Assembly (NCBI RefSeq): GCF_006345805.1
Contig: NC_042999.1
Location: 122,016,001-122,080,000, forward strand
Direction: 5' to 3'
DNA from: Octopus sinensis
Taxonomy: Eukaryota
Length of the DNA: 64,000 bases
The notes under the pieces are model-generated. The model was not told the DNA's origin. It saw only the letters and a program-made list of their open reading frames with translations, and made no database searches. Shown here piece by piece: positions 37,186 through 52,972 of the stretch. The translations under genes and the position numbers were made by a program. Each line of letters begins with the position of its first letter. Within the stretch, counting starts at the first letter, position 1.

Positions 37186-40100
37186 ACCAGTAGCTGGTCA
37201 TCAAAAGAGGGTCAACAGTTCTAGTCGGTATCTTGTGGAGCTATCAACGATAGTAAGACATAAGTTAGTATATTACAATTCCTGTACAAAGAGATAGAAC
37301 AGTATCCAATGACTAGTAACTATTGTGGCTTCTAGTGTAAAACAGCAACTACGGTAGAACAGCAATCACACATCATACTAGTGGGAGGAAGCCACTTTAC
37401 AATAGTGCCAACAAGGATAAACATTCACACAGAGTGAAAACAAATTCACACAGAAATATTAAACTAATTCATGTAGAAAATTAAATAACTTGACAAAAAA
37501 GAAAAACAGAAATCTTGTGTAAACTTAGGAAAATCATAAAATATGGAAGATTTGTTAGCTGGGGTAGTTGAGTTGCAAAAACAGTAACAACAACTCCAGG
37601 AACAAGAACAACAACAAGGATTACAGCAGCAAATGTTACAACTAATGAAGTTGATAACCAAACTGGAGAATACATTTTCGCCTGACCATATAGCAAATTC
37701 CATAAGCGAATTCAAATATGACCCCAAAGAAGTTATCTTCAAAGCTTACTTTTGAAGATTTGAACAAACTGTTGAAAAAGAATGCCAGGATTGGACAGAT
37801 GAAATGAAAACTTATTTAGTTTCAAGAAAACTAGGAACAGCAGAGCATGAGAAGTATAGTAACTTCATATTGCCAAAAAAAAAAAAAAGCATCCAATATA
37901 AATTCCACTGACACAGTTGGCATTTTGTGCAAAATGTTTAGTGAAAAGAGCTCACTGTTTAATACTAGATGGAAATGTTGAAACATAGAAAAAAGTGAAG
38001 ATGAAGACTTCATTACTTACACAGGCAGTGTCAACAAGGAATGTAAGAGATTTAGGCTGGATATGCTTACTCCAGATTCTTTCAAGTGTTTGAGTTTTGC
38101 ACAAGGATTGACAGATAAAATGAATACAGAAATCCAAACGAAAATTCTTGCAAAACTGAAAATGAAGCAGGATTTGACATTGAAGAAATTGTCAGAAGAG
38201 TGTGGCTGAATATTAAAATTAAGGCATGACATGGAAGAAATTCAATGGAAAGAGTGTTTTCGCATAAGACCAGTGCAAAGAAGTCGGAGGATAAATAAAG
38301 TGTTGCAGGAAAAACAGAAGAAAATATTGGAATGTAGACCCATGTGTGGCATGTGGTGGGATGCACCTGGACAAAGATTGTCTGTATAAAAAAGCCAAGT
38401 GTTTTTGCTGCAAGTTTGTAGGACACATAAATCACACTGCAAAACTAGAATGATGGGAAAATGGAGCAAACAAGAAAAAATAAATAGTTTGTCAGCAGGA
38501 AAAGTTATGACTACAGCATACAGAAAATTTGTGAATGTGAGAATTGAAACCACTAGTTTCAGAATGCAATTAGACACAGGAAATGACATCAGAATTATAA
38601 ATGAGAAAACAAAGGAACAAATGGGTAAACCAAAATTATGTAGTCTAAGCAAAATAGCATATGGTGTTAATGGGAAGAAAATTATATTTCAGGGGCGAAC
38701 ACGTAATATGATGTCGAGCCAAAAATGTGAATGCTTATGTGTTGAAAAAAAAATCCATGAATTTATTTGGCACTGAATGTATGGAGAAATTGAATTTATG
38801 GGATACACCCATACGCGTTTTGTACAGTAATGTAAATGGGCAGTCAAACGATTGAACTAGGTCAATGAACTGAGGCAAAAAGAGAAAGAAACTTTTCCAA
38901 AAGTTTTTTGGAAGGTTTAGGTTGTTGCACAAAAATAAGAAAATTCAACACATATTTTCAGGCTCAAACTGAACATGCTGGTTGCAGTGATAGACCAGGT
39001 CAATAAAAAACTAGAAAGGTTGTAAAACCTGAATATAATTGAAAAGATTGACCATGCAGACTGGGCAACACTGGCAGTCTACATAAAAAAAAATAATAAG
39101 TTAAGAGTGTGCGCAGACTTCTCAACCAAATTAAATGACTGTGAACCACTGGAGGACACCATAATAGCAGCTCTAAGAGTGAAAGTAGATACAAAAAAAG
39201 TGATGTGGAACATCGTATGTGAACTACCAGTAACTTTGGAAGAAATAAAAAGAAATGTGAGAAATGACAAATTTATTAATGAGACAAAAAGAAAACTGTG
39301 GTTAACAAAAGGAAAAAAGGCCTGATGCAAAGAACCGTCAAGATGTGAGCGTGTACTTTATATGTGATGGTGTATTAATGTACGCTCAGAGGGTGGTCAC
39401 ACCACAGACATTACAGACGAGAATGCTAATAGAGTTCCATTTGGGATACCCAGATATCTCTAGAATGAAAGCGCTGATGCAAAGTTTTGTATACTGGCCA
39501 AGCATAGACAAAGAAGTTGAAAACCTGGTAAAAGGTTGCAGAAGATGTGCACTGACTGTGAAACTACCTACTACAAAATGTGAACCTTGGCTGGAGGAGG
39601 AAATACCATGGTACCGACTGAATATCGATTTTCCAGGCCTGGTAAATGGATATTATTACTTAATAGTAGTGGACAGCTACACAAAATGGTTTGAGGTTAC
39701 ACGGTGTAAGCAGCCACCCTCATACACGGTAAAAAAACTTCTTATACAAGCTGATTGCAAGATTTAGTGTACCAGATATAATTGTCTCTGATAACAAAAC
39801 ACAGTTTGTATCCTGTGAGTTAAAGAGATTCTGTGGGATGTTCACATTAAAACATAAAACTATAGCATCATTTCACTGTAGATTGAATGGAAGGGCAGAA
39901 CAGTTCGTGGACACTTTTAAGAGAGCTAATAAGAAAGTCATGGATGAGGTCACAATCCAACAATTCTTAAGGGTTACAGGGTAACTCTGAACCCAAATGT
40001 GCCAGAAGGAAGTTCACCAGCAGAATTAATGTTTGCCAGAAAGGCGAAGTCAATATTTGATAAACTATTACCAGTGAAGTAAAAATAGGTGCTAGTAAAG

Positions 40101-40763
40101 ACATGCCAAAATTCTTTAGAATCTGTGATAAGGTATATGTAAGAATGTTCAAAAATGGCAAGGAATACTGGGAAGAAGGAGAAATTGTAACATACATAGG
40201 AAGAATGATTATATGGTGTAAGAAGCAGAAATGGAATGGAAAGGAAACATAGAAATCAGCTTAAGGAAAGAGTCATAGAAAAGGAACCAACAAGTGTAGA
40301 AATACTGATGGATTGGCTATCTGACACTTTTCAGGTTCCAACATGATTACAATAAGTTGAAACCACATCACAAGGAAAAGGAAGAACACTAAATTCCTAA
40401 AAGTAGACTCTTAGAAGGAAATACATTGAGTATATATAAAAAAGGAGGAGGTGGGTTAAATAAAAGAAATTGCTTGTTAAATAAATTAATTAAAAGGGAC
40501 CAGTAATTAAATAATTAAATCGACCAGTAGCTAGTCATCAAGAGAGGGTTGAGAGTTGAAGAGTTGAGAGTCGACAGTTTTAGTCGGTGTCTTGTGGAAC
40601 TATTAGCAATAGTAAGACAGAAATTAGTGTATTACTATTCTGCTGCAAAGAGATACAACAGTATATGATAACTAGTAACTATTGTGGCTACTAGTGTAAA
40701 ACAGCGACTCCAGTCCAATGGCAGTCACACATCACACCAGTGAGAGGAACCCACTTTACAACA
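37186..40763 (+). mobile_element. Decayed Ty3/Gypsy LTR retrotransposon (K02A2.6-like) with internal deletion
   Basis: LTR homology 37186-37401 vs 40523-40760; PBS-like TGCCAACAAGG at 37406; PPT AAAAAAGGAGGAGG before TG at 40452; gag from ATG 37543; two Zn knuckles (CVACGGMH..C, CFCCKFVGH); protease LDTG; RT start KLRVCADFST; integrase HLGYP..YWPSI..C..C, IDFPG..IVVDSYTKW, IVSDNKTQF, NGRAEQFV. Confidence 0.93.
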
Positions 40764-43700
40764 ATAATCTAAAAATAACCTAGTCAGGTTGAATCCATAT
40801 ATGTTTATAATTAAAAAAAATTTTCTGATTCAAACAACTATGTAAAAATCTAGAAAGTTTTAAATACTACTCTAATTGTAGCATTTTGAAGGAAGCTTTT
40901 CAATGTTATCAAGTTACTCACTAAACTCAAAGAAAATTTTAATCACTGATAAGGAATTGTAATGAATCTACCAACAAAAAAGTCTGCAACTAATTTCCAG
41001 GAGATATAGAACTACTGTCACACCTTGTCAAAATAATGTCTGGGACCTGAAAACATTAAACTGCATGAAAATCTAAGCTGCAAAATTCAGAACTATTGAA
41101 GAATACTATTAAGGTTGGTAGTAGAAAAAGACCTAGTATGATTGTTTTAAGAAAACTATAAACCAATTGACTAACCAGCCTTGCTCTTAGTGATTGGAAA
41201 CAAGTATTTCTACATATCTGTTGTCATTTCTATGATTTATTTTTCTTTCTCAATTCTTGAAAATGTTATTGCTTTGTATTGATGAGAGTTTTGTTGGTGA
41301 ATATTTGGAGACTAAATATGATGTATTCTGTTTTAAGTACTAAGACGGAAGGAATAAATTTTCAATGAGATTTCTCTCTCTTTTACCAAGAAACCCAACT
41401 GATAAGAAAGGAATTAAATAATACTATTTTTACTTAAATTTAAGAAAAATACCATTTTGTTTTTAAAATTCATATTTTAATCTTCATTAAATAAATATAT
41501 TTTGCTCAGTTATGACCAAAGTAACTTTGAATTTCATCGCTCTCAGGTTGTTGTTGTTTAGCACTCTGTCAAACATGATTTGGAAGGCTTTTTCTGGCCA
41601 TAGTCAAATGATTTTTGTAAATCATTATTTCCAATGTGTCCTTCGTTTTTATGGTAGTAGGTTGTAAGTCAACTGAAATTAGGTTGCTATTTCTAGCTAT
41701 TAGAACAACTGCATAGAGCATCCTAAAACTACATATCTCAATTTAATCTGTATATCTCTCTTACATAAAGAATGGAATTAATTTATGTGCTTAATATTTT
41801 CTTAGTGAATATACCTATATCAACTGCTTTCAATTTTTCTTTTTGTTTGAAATAATAGAGGCTGGAAAATCTATTTTCTCAACAATATTTTTATATTCTC
41901 TGAGTAATTTTTCTCTCTATATGTTTGTTATTATACTATCTCTTGTAAATATGATTTTGCTATGTAATATGCACATGGTATAGACCTATGTTGATCTTTC
42001 TTGTTTTCATATTATATTTTTGGCTTTGTTTTTTTTTTTGTTTTTTTTTCTGGTGACAGAGAGAAAATGATGGGTTTTAAGTTTGGAGGAAAAGTCAGCT
42101 TTCTATAAATGTCAAGTTTGTTTTGAATCATTACAATACATTTCCTAGAGTAATTGTTCAGCAGATAATGATAACACTCAATGATTATTTTTGTAGTCAC
42201 ACAAATTGTATTGTATATAATTGAACATTATATCACTTATTGCATCAATATTGTTTCCCCAAATGTATTTTGTTTGTTATATTGAAATTTACCTATTTGC
42301 AATAATTTCCTCCTAATATGATGAATACAGGTACCATAATGATACAGCAGTTCTCTAAAGTGCTTTTACACTTAGCAACTTTGGGCTAATGGAAATCCTG
42401 ATAAATTATCTTTTACACTCTGTATAGGGATCATAATTATTCCCATACCCTATCACAACCTTGCTAACTTTATGCATTACAATGTGTACTTGAACATATT
42501 TCTAGTAGCCTTTATTAATAAGTTTTCTTTCACTGAAAATATCAGTATTTTTTTACTATTTTACTATTTTCAGTTATTGGGATGTGAACATGAAGGAGAA
42601 TTGTTTACTAGGGAATAGTTGATCACATTGTTTCTAGTATTTATTCTATAAATTCCACTAGGACAAAAGGCAAAGTCCATTATATCACCAAAAGTTTTGT
42701 TTGTGAAGGTTTTAGTGAAATTGCAATTTTGGGCGTTCTGTAAATCTCTTTCAATTTATAGCATGTAAGTACTGTTCAGTTACACTGTCATTTTCAGCTG
42801 ATGAAGGCAACCCAAATTTTCCAATTTGGTTAGTATTATGTATTATGTAATTATATAGCCTGACATTATCAAGCATTAAGTGTTTCTTGTCAAAAATTGC
42901 CTCTAACACCACATCATGGTTGCAAATTATTTTTTACTTATCATTTCCATATACACAACTTATGTCACAAAATGTCTAGTTCCTTTTCTTCTTAGGGCTT
43001 ACAAACTTATTCAAACTCAAGAATTTCACTATATATATTTAAATTAAGTTGGTAATTTTAATTCCTTTAGCATTTCTGCTTTTTTACCGTTCGATCCATA
43101 AGCTTCATATTCTTTCAAAGTTTTGCTATCACTTTACGTAAAGTATATGCTTTCATTTTTGTAGATATTTACTGATATTTCTTATTTATATTTATTTTTT
43201 CCATTTAAGATATAGATATAGATTCATTCTATAATGGAAATTACATAATGCTCTGTGGTTCTCGATTGCTATATTTTCCCAACATTTCCTTATTCTGAAT
43301 TCCACTCTTATGATTTTGTGAAAAGCTGTTTACATTTACCACAATGAAATGGGCATTTCAATGTTGAAATGTTATAAAAAGTTGAAATTGTTATAAAATG
43401 TTGAATTTGTTATAAAATATAATTGACTTAAATGTCACTTTCATTTCAGACTTTACAAATATTCTGTTCTTTCTTTTCCTAAGTATAGCATAGTTATTAT
43501 TTATCTAATTTTACAATAGTTATTATTTATCTAATTTTATGTTTACTTTGTTTTCCCTGATTTGTTTACTAGAAATCTTTAAATGAACACAGTACGCATA
43601 TAATTTTATGTACATTCTTTGCTTTTCCAAGTATTTAAAACCAAGAATTAGTGCATAATAAACTCGATCCTTTTGTAGATATTTAAACCATCATAACCCA

Positions 43701-45076
43701 TTAGAATCAAATAAACAGATCTGATGGGAATGTTAATCAATATTTTACTGATATTCCTTTCTTAGTGCAATCAGTTTCTCTAGTAGTTATGTTTTTATAC
43801 TTCCACTAGAGTGTCTTTCTTATAAAAGGATAAAATATATTATTCAAAGATAACATGAAATATTGTGTGATGAACTTCCTTTAACAACTTGTGCCTTGTT
43901 GTTGTATAATGTTTTTGCTTGAGGATAATATTTAGTATTTGTTCAAAGTTGATAGAATTTCGATTCATGACCTATATTCTATAATAAAACACCTTAGTCA
44001 TTCAAAAGATGCAAAAAATGTTATGAGCTGTTAATAGCCAATATTTAATGTGAAAAATACATCAATGAATACTTGAGATGTACTAGATCAGACTTAAGTA
44101 AGTTTATCAATTGATAAATGAAGAACTATTCTAGTTCAGAAATGATAGGTACTTAATGGTTCAGTGGCTGGTATTTAGAACAACTTTCTATTGATATTAC
44201 AGTCAAACATTATTCTATTAAGCAATATCATTTATACTCTAAAGACTTCATTTCCTATGGCTGAAAGCATTTAATTTCGTTTTGAATATCAGAGCACAAA
44301 TATCTATCATTAGCTTGGGAATTTTTGCAATGAATTTTCTTTAACTTTTATGACTTATAATAATTCATCATCTTGTAATTCATTTGCTAAATTTTAAATC
44401 TAATTTCATTGTAATCAATGTTAATTTGCAATTTATAAACAATACTTGGCTGAACACCCAACTATATTGTTAAAACATTTATACATCAAAAGCTTGTTAA
44501 ATTATTTCCTCATAAATATTAAACAAACTTTTGTTTAAAGTTGGATAATTTGGTTGTCACTCTTCAAAGTAGTTACATCAATCCTCATTTGTTTTTAAAG
44601 CTTAGTCATATGGTCTTTCCACATATTCTTTCACTGCCTATTTTGTTCTAATATTGCAAGTGAGTACTAAAATGTATAAGTTAGTAAAATGAAATTTACA
44701 ATTCAAAAGAACAAAATATTCCCAATGCAATATTTTTTTTTATTGAACTTGGAATTTTTCAGTGTAGTTTGCTAAATGAAATGTTAAACAAAAGCTAAAA
44801 CCATGGAGTATTCAATTTTTAAAACTATTTTAGTGAGGTAATCAATATATATCTAATCTATTTATTAGTAATTTAGGGCACGTATAAAACCCAACTTTGG
44901 AAGTGTATAAATAGCATGCAAAACTATTTATACATTGGATTACTTTTTGAAAAGTTTTCGTTTCCAGATTGCTGTTTATTTTGTAAACAAGTTCTTTAAG
45001 CATCTTCTTTCTATATTCAGCCTCCAAGTTCAATGCAACTTTATAAGTCCATTCAGTGGCACTGTGTGTGTGCGTG

Positions 45077-45114
<38 letters not shown>

Positions 45115-48100
45115 TGAGCATGTGTGCATGTGTGCACATGCTTTACAGACTATACAAAACATCTGATCTCTGATTTATTGATGTTACATTTTCACAAAGT
45201 TGTGTTTGCTTCTTATTCACATCACAAAATAAAATCAATAGAAATGTGTGAAATAGGATATTAATAAAAAAATAATTTCCTGCTAAATCAATAGCAATTT
45301 ACTTTAAAGTAAAACAAGATAAATCTACTAAATTTCCAAGGAATGAAGATCATATAAATACAAAATTGGTGTGCATTCATCAAATCAATATACAAACATT
45401 AAACATAAACATTAAAACAAGCTAATAGAAATCAATTAAATAAAAAGTATGTAATTTGTACTGAAAAACTATCATAAAGAAAAACAATGTGAATTCTCAT
45501 CTTAATCAATGTAGTTGCATCAATTTTATATGTTTGTCTGAAGTAGTCAGGTCACCTTAATTGTCAATCTTTCAATTTTTTCTGCATCTGATTTTTTTTT
45601 TTGACTTTAGATTTCTTGAAACTATACTTTTATTCAAGGACTATTTTAGATTTATGAAAATTTTCTTTTATTCATCATTTATATATTCTGGCCTTTATTC
45701 ATCTCAACAAGAAACAAAACATTTTCTTTCTAAACTTGTTATATGGAAATTGAAATTGTAGTCCAACTGAAAAGCAAGTACATCATGCTGAATATTGATA
45801 AATAAATACATAGGTTTTATAATTTCAAAGAGATGAGAAAATGCAAAATCTGTTGTTAAAAGTGTCAGTGAAGGAAAATGGCTTCAGCTAAAGAATGAAA
45901 CAATTTAACAATCTGTGGTAGTCTCCACAGTTCAGTAAAACATCTGTAGGAATTATGGGAGAGATTTAAATTAAAAACTGTTTTCTAGATTTTGATTAAA
46001 GAATATACATAATTTAATACTTTATTAGAGTTGCATTATTCCAACATATATAAAAGGTTATTATAACAATTGTTTTCACTTAAGTATTTACTCTAAAATG
46101 AGATTATTTTTTTATGTACTTTTGTTCTTTATATGTAAATTAGGTAAAATTGAATCTGTTCTATTAGTCTTGTATTTTTCTATTTCAAAGTAATTTCTTT
46201 TAAATGGCATTTTCTTGGAAAACAATTAAAATGTGAAAGAGTTAGGGTGTTATAAAACATAAATGATTTTTATGTTTTAAGTTTAGCTATCTTAAAGATT
46301 TATTTGCGAAATTTCCTAATAATTAAGAAAACTTTCACCTTGCCATTTTTCTTGGTAATAACAGTTATACATATCAGTAACATATGCTACATCAGTAACT
46401 TTACAAAATGAAGCAAAAATAAGATATTATCTTAATTATATTTCATTTTTGCTTGAAAATATTTTCAAGCCATCACTGATTAAAAAAAGTTTTAGTTTTC
46501 CAGTGTTTTTTTTTAAAATTATTTTATTATCTTAACATTTAGGTATTCAGACTGTTTCTGTACTTGAGAATGACTGCTTACTTTTACAAACTTAAATACA
46601 TTCATCCCTATTGTCATCATCACCAAAAATATTACCAGCATAGCATTTTAGTAATCTGTATCAATCAAGATTTTTTATAACTCTTGTTGATATATGTGAC
46701 AGAAAAATAGTTGAAAATTTATTAAAGCAAATAAAGAAATTAAGTAGCGAAATAGAAATATTAGAGGTTTGGGGAAAATGGAATTTATCAAATGTTTAAA
46801 GATTGGAGACACATCAGAATTCTTTGCATTAGATATGACATTTTAAGTGGTCATAGAAATAAATTGAAAATTCTTTTTATATCATGAAGTATATCAAAGT
46901 ATATTTAAAAGAATTAAAGGAAGTATTTAATGTTTATTTCCTAATGCACATATGTTAGGATTTCATATAAGGAAATTAAATACTTTTGAATATATTTCTG
47001 TAAATTCATTTTCAATGTCATTAGCTATAAAAATAAATTAAATATCTGAAAAAAATTATGTATGTACATTTCCTTAATGAAAAATAAATATTGAAGCTAT
47101 TTTTTAAATGTTATTATTGAACGAGTTGCTATCAAATCTAAAACCATTCACTTAACAGATTTTTAATACACTTCATCTCTTATTGATTTAACTTATTTTC
47201 TGGTTATCTGCATTGCAGCTACAAGAATAACTCTCATAATACTCGACAGTTTTAAACTATGGGACAAGGAACACCAGATACTAAATTTAGTAACTTCACT
47301 TTGAGATTTCAAATTAAGATAATTTAATTTGTAGCATGACCTTTCCTTGATATTTTCCAAACTAAATTCATTTTTAATAAACTTTTAGAAACTATACCGT
47401 TTCCTTGATTAACTTCTTAAATGCATGGATATACCTTTACCATATAGTTTTAAAGTTTGGATCTGATAACTACTAACATCCTGGAGGACATTTTGCAAAC
47501 TTCTTTTCTACTTAAGAATATGTCCTAACTATTTACAAAAATACCCTTTTTATTATATAAAACAATCAAGTCACACAATTTTAAGTAGGATAACAAATCT
47601 GTTCATATTTTCACATCTCTTTTCATTTGATAAAAAAACAGCTATTGTATATTTTATTTGATTAATATCAAAAAAATTATTGACTATATATAGAAGCCAA
47701 GACAGATATTTGAGAAGATAAGAAAATCTAAGTTGCTTTGATTAAAAACCCCCCAACTGGTATGATTATTAAGCGTTTCTTTTATTCATTATTTGGATTT
47801 TCTCACCACAACTATGATTTAAAATTTAGGAATTATTTATAATAATAGTAGCACTTACTGTCACTGAGATTTTTGTTTCATATTTTTTTTTTTTTTTTTT
47901 TTCATACTTAGCAAATCGAAAAAATCCTAATGGATGTGAATATTTTACTTTGAAATAGATTACCTTTCTTTTAATTCTGTAAAGACATTTTTAAGCATAA
48001 ACATATCAGTCTAAAATATTTTATGTATGCTATCAATCTCCTTTGGATATATTGTATATAACTAACATTGGTCTCAGGTTTCATGCTTATCTAGTTATTA

Positions 48101-48621
48101 TACTTTCAAGTAATCATTATGTTATTTAACTTGGTATTATGTTTTTATATATCAAAGTATAAAAGCATGAACTTGCCCATATGTTAGTTTGTAATTATGA
48201 AATAATCTGTAATTCCAATTGAAGCAGCAGTTAAAAAATGTTGATACCACACACTGAAATATTTGTTAATTGTTAGCTATTATTCTGACACCAATGCATT
48301 ATTTTTAGATGTGTGTTTTGAAAAGTGTTTATCAAATAGAATATTTTAAAGTTTAAGGCTTCAATTGTTGACACAATGATCATACCCAAAATAAACTGAA
48401 ATTCATTATTCTCAGTCACAATAAAATATTTGTTAAAGCTAATGCTTTGGCAATTTTAGTTTTTATCACAAAGAGCATATTTGCTAATTAAAATCTTTTA
48501 AAGAGAATTATATGATAGTTAACTACTTCAGATTTGCATAACATCCTTCAGTATTTGATCAGCAACTGTGATTCTGTATTTTGTTTAACAATAGGAAATA
48601 GAAATGATGTTGCTGAAACCA

Positions 48622-48773
48622 AAGCAGATTCAGAGAGCATCCAGCCGTAGAAACATTGCCAGATCAAACTGGGCCTGGTGCAGCCTTCTGGCTTCCCAGA
48701 CCCCAGTTGAACCGTCCAACCCATGCTAGCATGGAAAGCGGACGCTAAATGATGATGATGATGACGATGATGA
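48622..48773 (+). mobile_element. RTE 3' end (family C)
   Basis: GCATCCAGCCGTAGAAAC...CCAACCCATGCTAGCATGGAAAGCGGACG..(GAT)n. Confidence 0.8.
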
Positions 48774-50858
48774 TATATATATATATATATATAATACTTC
48801 AGAGGAAAAGAACAATCTGAAATTTCTTTAAAAGGTTGCTCTCTTTCTTATAATGTAGGGACTTAACACAAACAGTAATCATCATGGTAAAAACTACTTT
48901 CTAAAAATAGAAATATACTGTCATGTTTCTTTTCAATCCTATTTTTTATATTCAAATTAATCCTATAATATTTAAAGTGCTGTGTCATAGAACCGTATGT
49001 TCATATTACAAGCACTGTAAGAAACATTGCTGCCTGCTATTAACTGACATACTTAGTTTTGTGTCCTTCAGTTTGACTAGATAGAAAATTTAATCAGCTT
49101 CCACTCAACTTTGCAATTCATGTAAAAACTGTTCAAATATCTAAACTTGACAAAATTATTTGTATATGTATGAGTCTGTGCATGTACATATATGTGTGTA
49201 TGTGTGTGTAAAAGACTATTTGTATGTTTGTATGTATCTGTAGTGATAGTGTGCTGATATAGCCTACAATATTTCACATGAAGTTTTATATCTAGATATC
49301 CAAAACAATCTACAAACAAGACGATGATGGCTGTTTGCATTCAGGATTGCTCATCATGTAAAATAGATCTGGTCATTTTTAAGTTAGTGTAAGGGACATC
49401 ACTAAATTTTTAAGATGGTGAATGGCACAAGAAAAGGCAAGCTTTGCACCTATGAAAATATAAATTCCATGGAATACTTTATGTACTTGATCTAAAATTT
49501 TCACAAAATATCACTACTTCAATAAATGCTTATTTACATTCTTGAAATTAGTAAAATTTACAATGATATTTCAGATGTACTCTTTTATTTTCTGTTTCAA
49601 AGTACTTTCCATTAGTTTTTAGCCTTCTTTGCTTTCATTCAATATTTTCATCAGGTGTTTACGTCTTCAGACTACATATTATCATCTGTTCAATCATTCA
49701 TGGGCAGTGTGTAAAGGTAGCTCATTTGTTTGCCTGTAAGAATAATTACATCAATAGACAGAATATTAACTTCAATTTATTACCTGTCATTTCTTTAAAC
49801 TCATGTTATTTCTCTATGCATTATATAATTTTTATCTACTACCACTCCTCCTTTTTAAATTACTTCATTTCTGACATCACATGAACTGTATATCCCATCC
49901 TCTGCTTCTATTTTCACTGAAAATGTTTTTATCTGCAGAAACAATTGTGTAATACAGGGTGCACCCCATGCATAGCAAGTTCAATCTTACAACGACACCC
50001 TTGAACTAACTTGCACATGACCATACTTATTTATACATGATGTTCAATTCTAAATGTGATTGACTGTTATAGCTTCATTCACTGACTGCAATGCTCTAGG
50101 CTATACCAAGGCTTATCAATGTAGATATTATTCTTTAAGGTGGCAAACTGGTAAAATAAAACACAGAAATGAGATGCAGTCTGCTGATCCATCTTGGTGA
50201 GCAGTAAACCCAACTATGTGCTGACTTCAATTGTAACAACTCTTCCAATACATGTCATTATAGAAAGCAGACTTAAACCAATGTTGATGATGATAATGAT
50301 GGTAGTGGTGGCAACGATGATGATCATAGCGGTGGTTGTGATGGTAATGATGTTAATGAGGAGGGAGAGGAGGGGAAGCGGTGGAAGAGAAGGATATTCC
50401 ACAGATGACCATTATAGTGTTTCTAGAGTTGACAGAACAGAAGTAATAAAAACTGTTCAATAGAGAGTGTGAATAATGGTAGATGATGAACATTTGCTAA
50501 AAAAGTTTGGTTGATGATACTTGATAATGAAAATTTATTGGAAATTCTGGCATACAATAAAACAAATTAGGATTTCAATAGATAGAACTAAAAAATTGAA
50601 AGGTTTACATTTAACTCCATTAGAAAGAATTTATAAGCATAAATATGGAATGTGTAGAATATTATTAAGAAATAAAATTTGAAAATCAATCATGGATTTA
50701 ACTTACAAAATATTTACAAGTAGAAGAGAAATGTGTTGCCAAAAATATTGCATAAAATAAATTTATAAATAGTCAGCAATTGAAATTAGTTTTCTCCTTT
50801 TCATAAATTCCATAAAATATTTGATATCAGTTTAAACATTATAATCATATGCACTTAC

Positions 50859-50903
<45 letters not shown>

Positions 50904-50904
50904 C

Positions 50905-51500
50905 ACACACATCATTTAACGTCTTAACATCTGCTTTCCATGCTGGCATGGGTTGGATGGTTTGACTGAGGACTGGCAAACCAGGAGGATGCACCAGGCT
51001 CCAATCACTATTAAACAAAAAGTAATTTCCATTATTCCATTAACTGTATATCCCCTGTGCTGATTCTGCTCATAAGAAAGGAGCAAATAATACAATGTGC
51101 TTGTAAGTATACCAGAAATATAGCATCAGTGGTGCTTCTCCCTGGCACAAACCCAAACTGCATCTCATCTAAATTAGGGAGAGAGTTATATACACACACA
51201 CACACACACACACAAATATGTGTGTGTACATGCACACACTCATAGATCAACTCACATATGCATAAAATTAATGTGAATATAGATATTCAAATATATACAT
51301 ATGTAAGCATGGAAAATGATGATGATCATCATCATGTAATGTCTATTGTCTATGCTGATATGGGTTGGATGGTTTGACAGGAGTTGGTCAGCTAGAGAGC
51401 TGTCCAGATTCTGGTTGTCTGTTTTGATATGACTTCAATGGCTTGATGCCCTTCCTAATGCCAACCAATTTACAGAGTCTGCTGGGTGTTTTTTATTCAA
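50905..51500 (-). mobile_element. Cluster of RTE fragments: two family C tails and a short RT piece
   Basis: Reverse-complement tails at 50910-51003 and 51310-51490; LDEMQFGFVPGRSTTDAIFL at about 51105-51180. Confidence 0.75.
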
Positions 51501-51727
51501 AATTTGCAATACGAGTAGCTGTAGAGTAAATTCTATATTTATGTGATATAATTACCATATGTATATCATAGAAAAGTCAATAGCTATAGTACTCATCAAG
51601 GAAAAGTTCCTTCTATAGACCTGTTGTGCTAAAACAACTCAATAGACTTCAGAACCTGATGAAATGAAATCACTCAAAATGTGACTGTGACAGTGACAGA
51701 TAATATATGTGTATGTATATATGTATA

Positions 51728-52103
51728 GGCACAGGAGTAGCTATGTGGTAAGAAGATTGCTTCCCTACCACATGGTTCTGGGTTCAGTCCCACTGTGTGG
51801 CAACTAGGACAAGTGTCTTCTACTACAGCTTTGTGAGTGGATTTGGTAGATGGAAACTGAAAGAAGTCCATTGTATATATGTATATATATATATATATGT
51901 GTGTGTGAGTGTGTGTTTGTACCCCCACTATTGCTTGACAACCAATGTTGGTGTGTTTACGTCCCTGTAACTTAGTGGTTCGACAAAAGAGACCAACAAA
52001 ATAAGTACTACGCTTACAAAGAATAAGTCCTGGGGTCGATTTGTTTGACTAAAGGTGGTGCTCAAGCATGGCCACAGTCAAATGACTGAAACAAGTAAAC
52101 GAA
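51728..52103 (+). mobile_element. Family A SINE, full length
   Basis: Both modules with a (TA/TG)n spacer. Confidence 0.85.
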
Positions 52104-52343
52104 TAAATAAAAAAAACAATGTGTGTGTGTGTGTGTAAGTGCTGGTACTACATAAATAACACCTAGTACACTCTCTGAAGTAGTTGGCGTTAGGAAGGGA
52201 ATCCATCCATAGAAACCATATGACCTATGCCAGTATGGAGGTTTGGATATTAAATGATGATGATGATGATGGTAATGTTGTTGATATGTGTGTGTATATA
52301 TAAGGTCATATTGGGTATTAAAAATTCTTTAGTCTTCAATGAC

Positions 52344-52653
52344 CATGGGTTTGCACCTAGAAAGTTCCCCTTCAAGACACAAGTAAAGTTGTGATTGTTT
52401 GTGGAAGAACAGCAGTAGTCCACACATACCAGTTTTGTCTCTCCATGTCACTGATGTTGTCCAGGGGAGGGGCAAAGTCTGATACAGCTTAGGACCAGTG
52501 ATATCACTACTCATTTTCCATGCTGCATGAACTTGAGAAGTATGAAAATAAGGAGTCTTGCTTAAGAACACAATACACAGCCCAATCTATAAATTGAGCT
52601 TGCAACCAATTGATTTTGTAAGTCCAACACTAAGCACTAAGCTATGCATCTTC
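52344..52653 (-). mobile_element. Family B SINE, diverged
   Basis: Aligns with 167-477 (TTGCACCTAGAAAGTT.CCC; CTTGCT.AAGAACACAA). Confidence 0.7.
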
Positions 52654-52705
52654 ACAAGGTCATATATGTACTTATAAATATGTAATATATCTATACACAT
52701 ACGTG

Positions 52706-52737
<32 letters not shown>

Positions 52738-52941
52738 TATACATATATATGTATACATACATACACACACACTTATACATACATATGTATACATACACAC
52801 ATATATATACACATATAGATCCATACATATATATATATATACATACACATGCATATATATATACACACATATACATACATTTATACACATACATATGCAT
52901 ACATATGTGTGTATACATACATACATACATATATATATATA

Positions 52942-52972
<31 letters not shown>

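Noticed and set aside
40922-41046. Minus-strand segment with a strong acceptor and GTGAGT donor
   Set aside because: Stops in all three frames; at most a non-coding exon
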